Shown here in pieces: positions 61,905 through 64,000 of a stretch of DNA of 64,000 bases. Made by a program: the position numbers and the translations under genes. This DNA comes from Macrostomum lignano (Eukaryota). Under the pieces are notes generated by a model. That model did not search any database. It was not told the origin of the DNA and saw only the letters and a list, made by a program, of their open reading frames with translations. Each line of letters starts with the position of its first letter. Positions within the stretch are counted from its first letter, which is position 1. Location: NCBI GenBank assembly GCA_002269645.1, contig NIVC01003940.1, forward strand, positions 1 through 64,000, read 5' to 3'.

Positions 61905-63758
61905 ATGTCGTCTTCGTCAGCGCTGTCATCGGTGGAGAACCAGCTGAACAATCAGCAGCCTCTGTCGCCACAAGTCTCCGGCGTCCAAACTCGAATGTCG
62001 AAAATCTCCGACTTCGACATCGGCTGCCCGCTCGGCAAGGGCAAGTTCGGCAATGTGTATTTAGCCAAGGAGAAGAAGCACGATTTCCTGGTTGCTCTGA
62101 AGATTCTGTTTAAAAGTCAGTTGGTCAAAGGTCGGATGGAGCACCAGCTTCATCGCGAGATTGAGATTATGAGTCATCTGAGGCATCCGCATATTCTGCA
62201 GCTCTATACAATGTTTTACGATCAGAAGCGCATCTACTTGGTGCTTGAGTACGCCTTTCGAGGCCAGATGTACTCCCTGCTCACCAGGATGGGCCGCTTC
62301 AGCGAGCGGAGGTCCGCCACCTACATGTACCAGCTAGCTGATGCCCTGGCCTTCTGTCATAGCAAGCAGGTCATTCACAGGGGTGAGTGAGAATCTCATG
62401 TAGCCAGATCTATTCTCATGGGTGAGAATCTCATGTAGTCAAATCTATTCTCATGTGTGAGAATCTCGTGTAGCCAGATCTATTCTCACGGGTGAGAATC
62501 TCGTGTAGCCAGATCTATTCTCATGAGTGAGAATCCCATGTAGCCAGATCTATTCTCATGGGTGAGAATCCCATGTAGTCAAATCTATTCTCATGTGTGA
62601 GAATCTCGTGTAGCCAGATCTATTCTCACGGGTGAGAATCTCGTGTAGCCAGATCTGTTCTCATGAGTGAGAATCCCATGTAGCCAGATCTATTCTCATG
62701 GGTGAGAATCTCATGTAGTCAAATCTATTCTCATGTGTGAGAATCTCGTGTAGCCAGATCTATTCTCATGAGTGAGAATCCCATGTAGCCAGACCTATTC
62801 TCATGAGTGAGAATCGCATGTAGCCAGACCTATTCTCATGGGTGAGAATCCCATGTATCCAAATATATTATTATGGGTGAGAATCTCATGTAGTCAAATC
62901 TATTCTCATGGGTGAGAATCTCGTGTAGCCAGATCTATTCTCATGGGTGAGAATCTCGTGTAGCCAGATCTATTCTCATGGGTGAGAATCTCATGTAGTC
63001 AAATCTATTCTCATGTGTGAGAATCTCGTGTAGCCAGATCTATTCTCACGGGTGAGAATCTCGTGTAGCCAGATCTATTCTCATGAGTGAGAATCCCATG
63101 TAGCCAGATCTATTCTCATGGGTGAGAATCCCATGTAGTCAAATCTATTCTCATGTGTGAGAATCTCGTGTAGCCAGATCTATTCTCACGGGTGAGAATC
63201 TCGTGTAGCCAGATCTGTTCTCATGAGTGAGAATCCCATGTAGCCAGATCTATTCTCATGGGTGAGAATCTCATGTAGTCAAATCTATTCTCATGTGTGA
63301 GAATCTCGTGTAGCCAGATCTATTCTCACGGGTGAGAATCTCGTGTAGCCAGATCTATTCTCATGAGTGAGAATCCCATGTAGCCAGATCTATTCTCATG
63401 GGTGAGAATCCAGTGCAGTTAGAACAGAGTCGAACCCCCGCTGCCCCATCGCAGACATCAAGCCGGAGAACCTGCTGCTGGGATTCTATTACGAGCTGAA
63501 GCTCGCCGACTTCGGCTGGTCAGTGCACGCGCCATCGCAGCGGAGGCGAACCCTGTGCGGCACCCTGGACTACCTGCCGCCAGAGATGGTCACAGGGGTC
63601 ACCCACGATGAAGGCGTCGACGTCTGGACGATGGGCGTCCTCTGCTACGAGATGCTGCACGGCTCGCCACCGTTCGAGGACGAAGATGAGCATGGGACCC
63701 AAAAACGAATCGCTATGGTGGACTTCACCTTCCCCGAGCACATCTCTCCTCTGGCCAG
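61905..63758 (+). CDS. AURKA/B: Aurora kinase (A/B-like); exons 61905-62382 and 63455-63758; continues beyond the window
   Basis: [45 protein letters not shown]|[39 protein letters not shown]. Phase-1 intron 62383-63454; donor AG|gtgagg at 63759. The start codon is uncertain (an acceptor at ~61895 suggests an upstream exon). Confidence 0.93.
62383..63412. repeat. 35-bp satellite with a 140-bp higher-order repeat filling the Aurora intron
   Basis: GGTGAGAATCTCATGTAGCCAGATCTATTCTCATG units. The AGTCAAATC variant recurs at ~62436, 62576, 62716, 62891, 62996, 63136 and 63276. Confidence 0.95.
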
Positions 63759-63869
63759 GTGAGGCGGTTAGGAGGGGACAGTTTTGTCGTTTTCCGTTGC
63801 TTACCGGTTTTTTTTTATGATTATTATTCTAATGTCAAATCTCATGAACCCACTTGCCGCCTCAAATGC

Positions 63870-63970
63870 CACTCCAATCTCATAAATCCCACTCCCCATC
63901 TCATAAATCCCACTCCCCATCTCATAAATCCCACTCCCCATCTCATAAACCCCACTTCTAATCTCATGAA
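63870..63970. repeat. 21-bp minisatellite CTCATAAATCCCACTCCCCAT
   Basis: About 4 tandem copies in Aurora intron 2. Confidence 0.85.
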
Positions 63971-64000
63971 TTAGTTTAGTTGGATAAATATTGTTTAAAG

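Noticed and set aside
62383-63412. Palindromic ~35-bp repeats (and the 22-, 24- and 55-bp arrays) as a CRISPR array
   Set aside because: Units are head-to-tail with no unique spacers, there are no cas genes, and the context is a eukaryotic intron.

Overview
This is eukaryotic, intron-containing, repeat-rich animal DNA. The (CTGT)n tracts, GC-rich exons and satellite-filled introns suggest a flatworm such as Macrostomum, but that is inference. From left to right: (1) 1-~7.5 kb holds part of a Polinton/Maverick. It has a PC4-like ORF and an acidic ORF on the minus strand, and a divergent, decayed protein-primed DNA polymerase B gene split by six GT-AG introns, three of them inside catalytic motifs A, B and C. 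(2) 8-16.5 kb is transposon debris: a Penelope GIY-YIG 3' end with a degenerate hammerhead-like fold, a TIR element filled with a ~22-bp satellite and interrupted by an RNase H LINE, and RTE and Tc1 fragments. (3) 17-49 kb is a minus-strand cluster of three paralogous secreted-protein genes (signal peptide + PAN/Apple + Thr-rich mucin stalk + ALK/LTK-type glycine-rich domain, no TM or kinase). It is interleaved with RTE, BEL/Pao, piggyBac, Helitron and SINE remnants. (4) 51-64 kb contains two MITEs with 8-bp TSDs, a 6-exon ALDH7A1 gene whose introns 2-5 each carry a different satellite, and two exons of an Aurora kinase gene that runs off the window. No rRNA, true tRNA gene or CRISPR array was found. 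All coordinates were read by eye.
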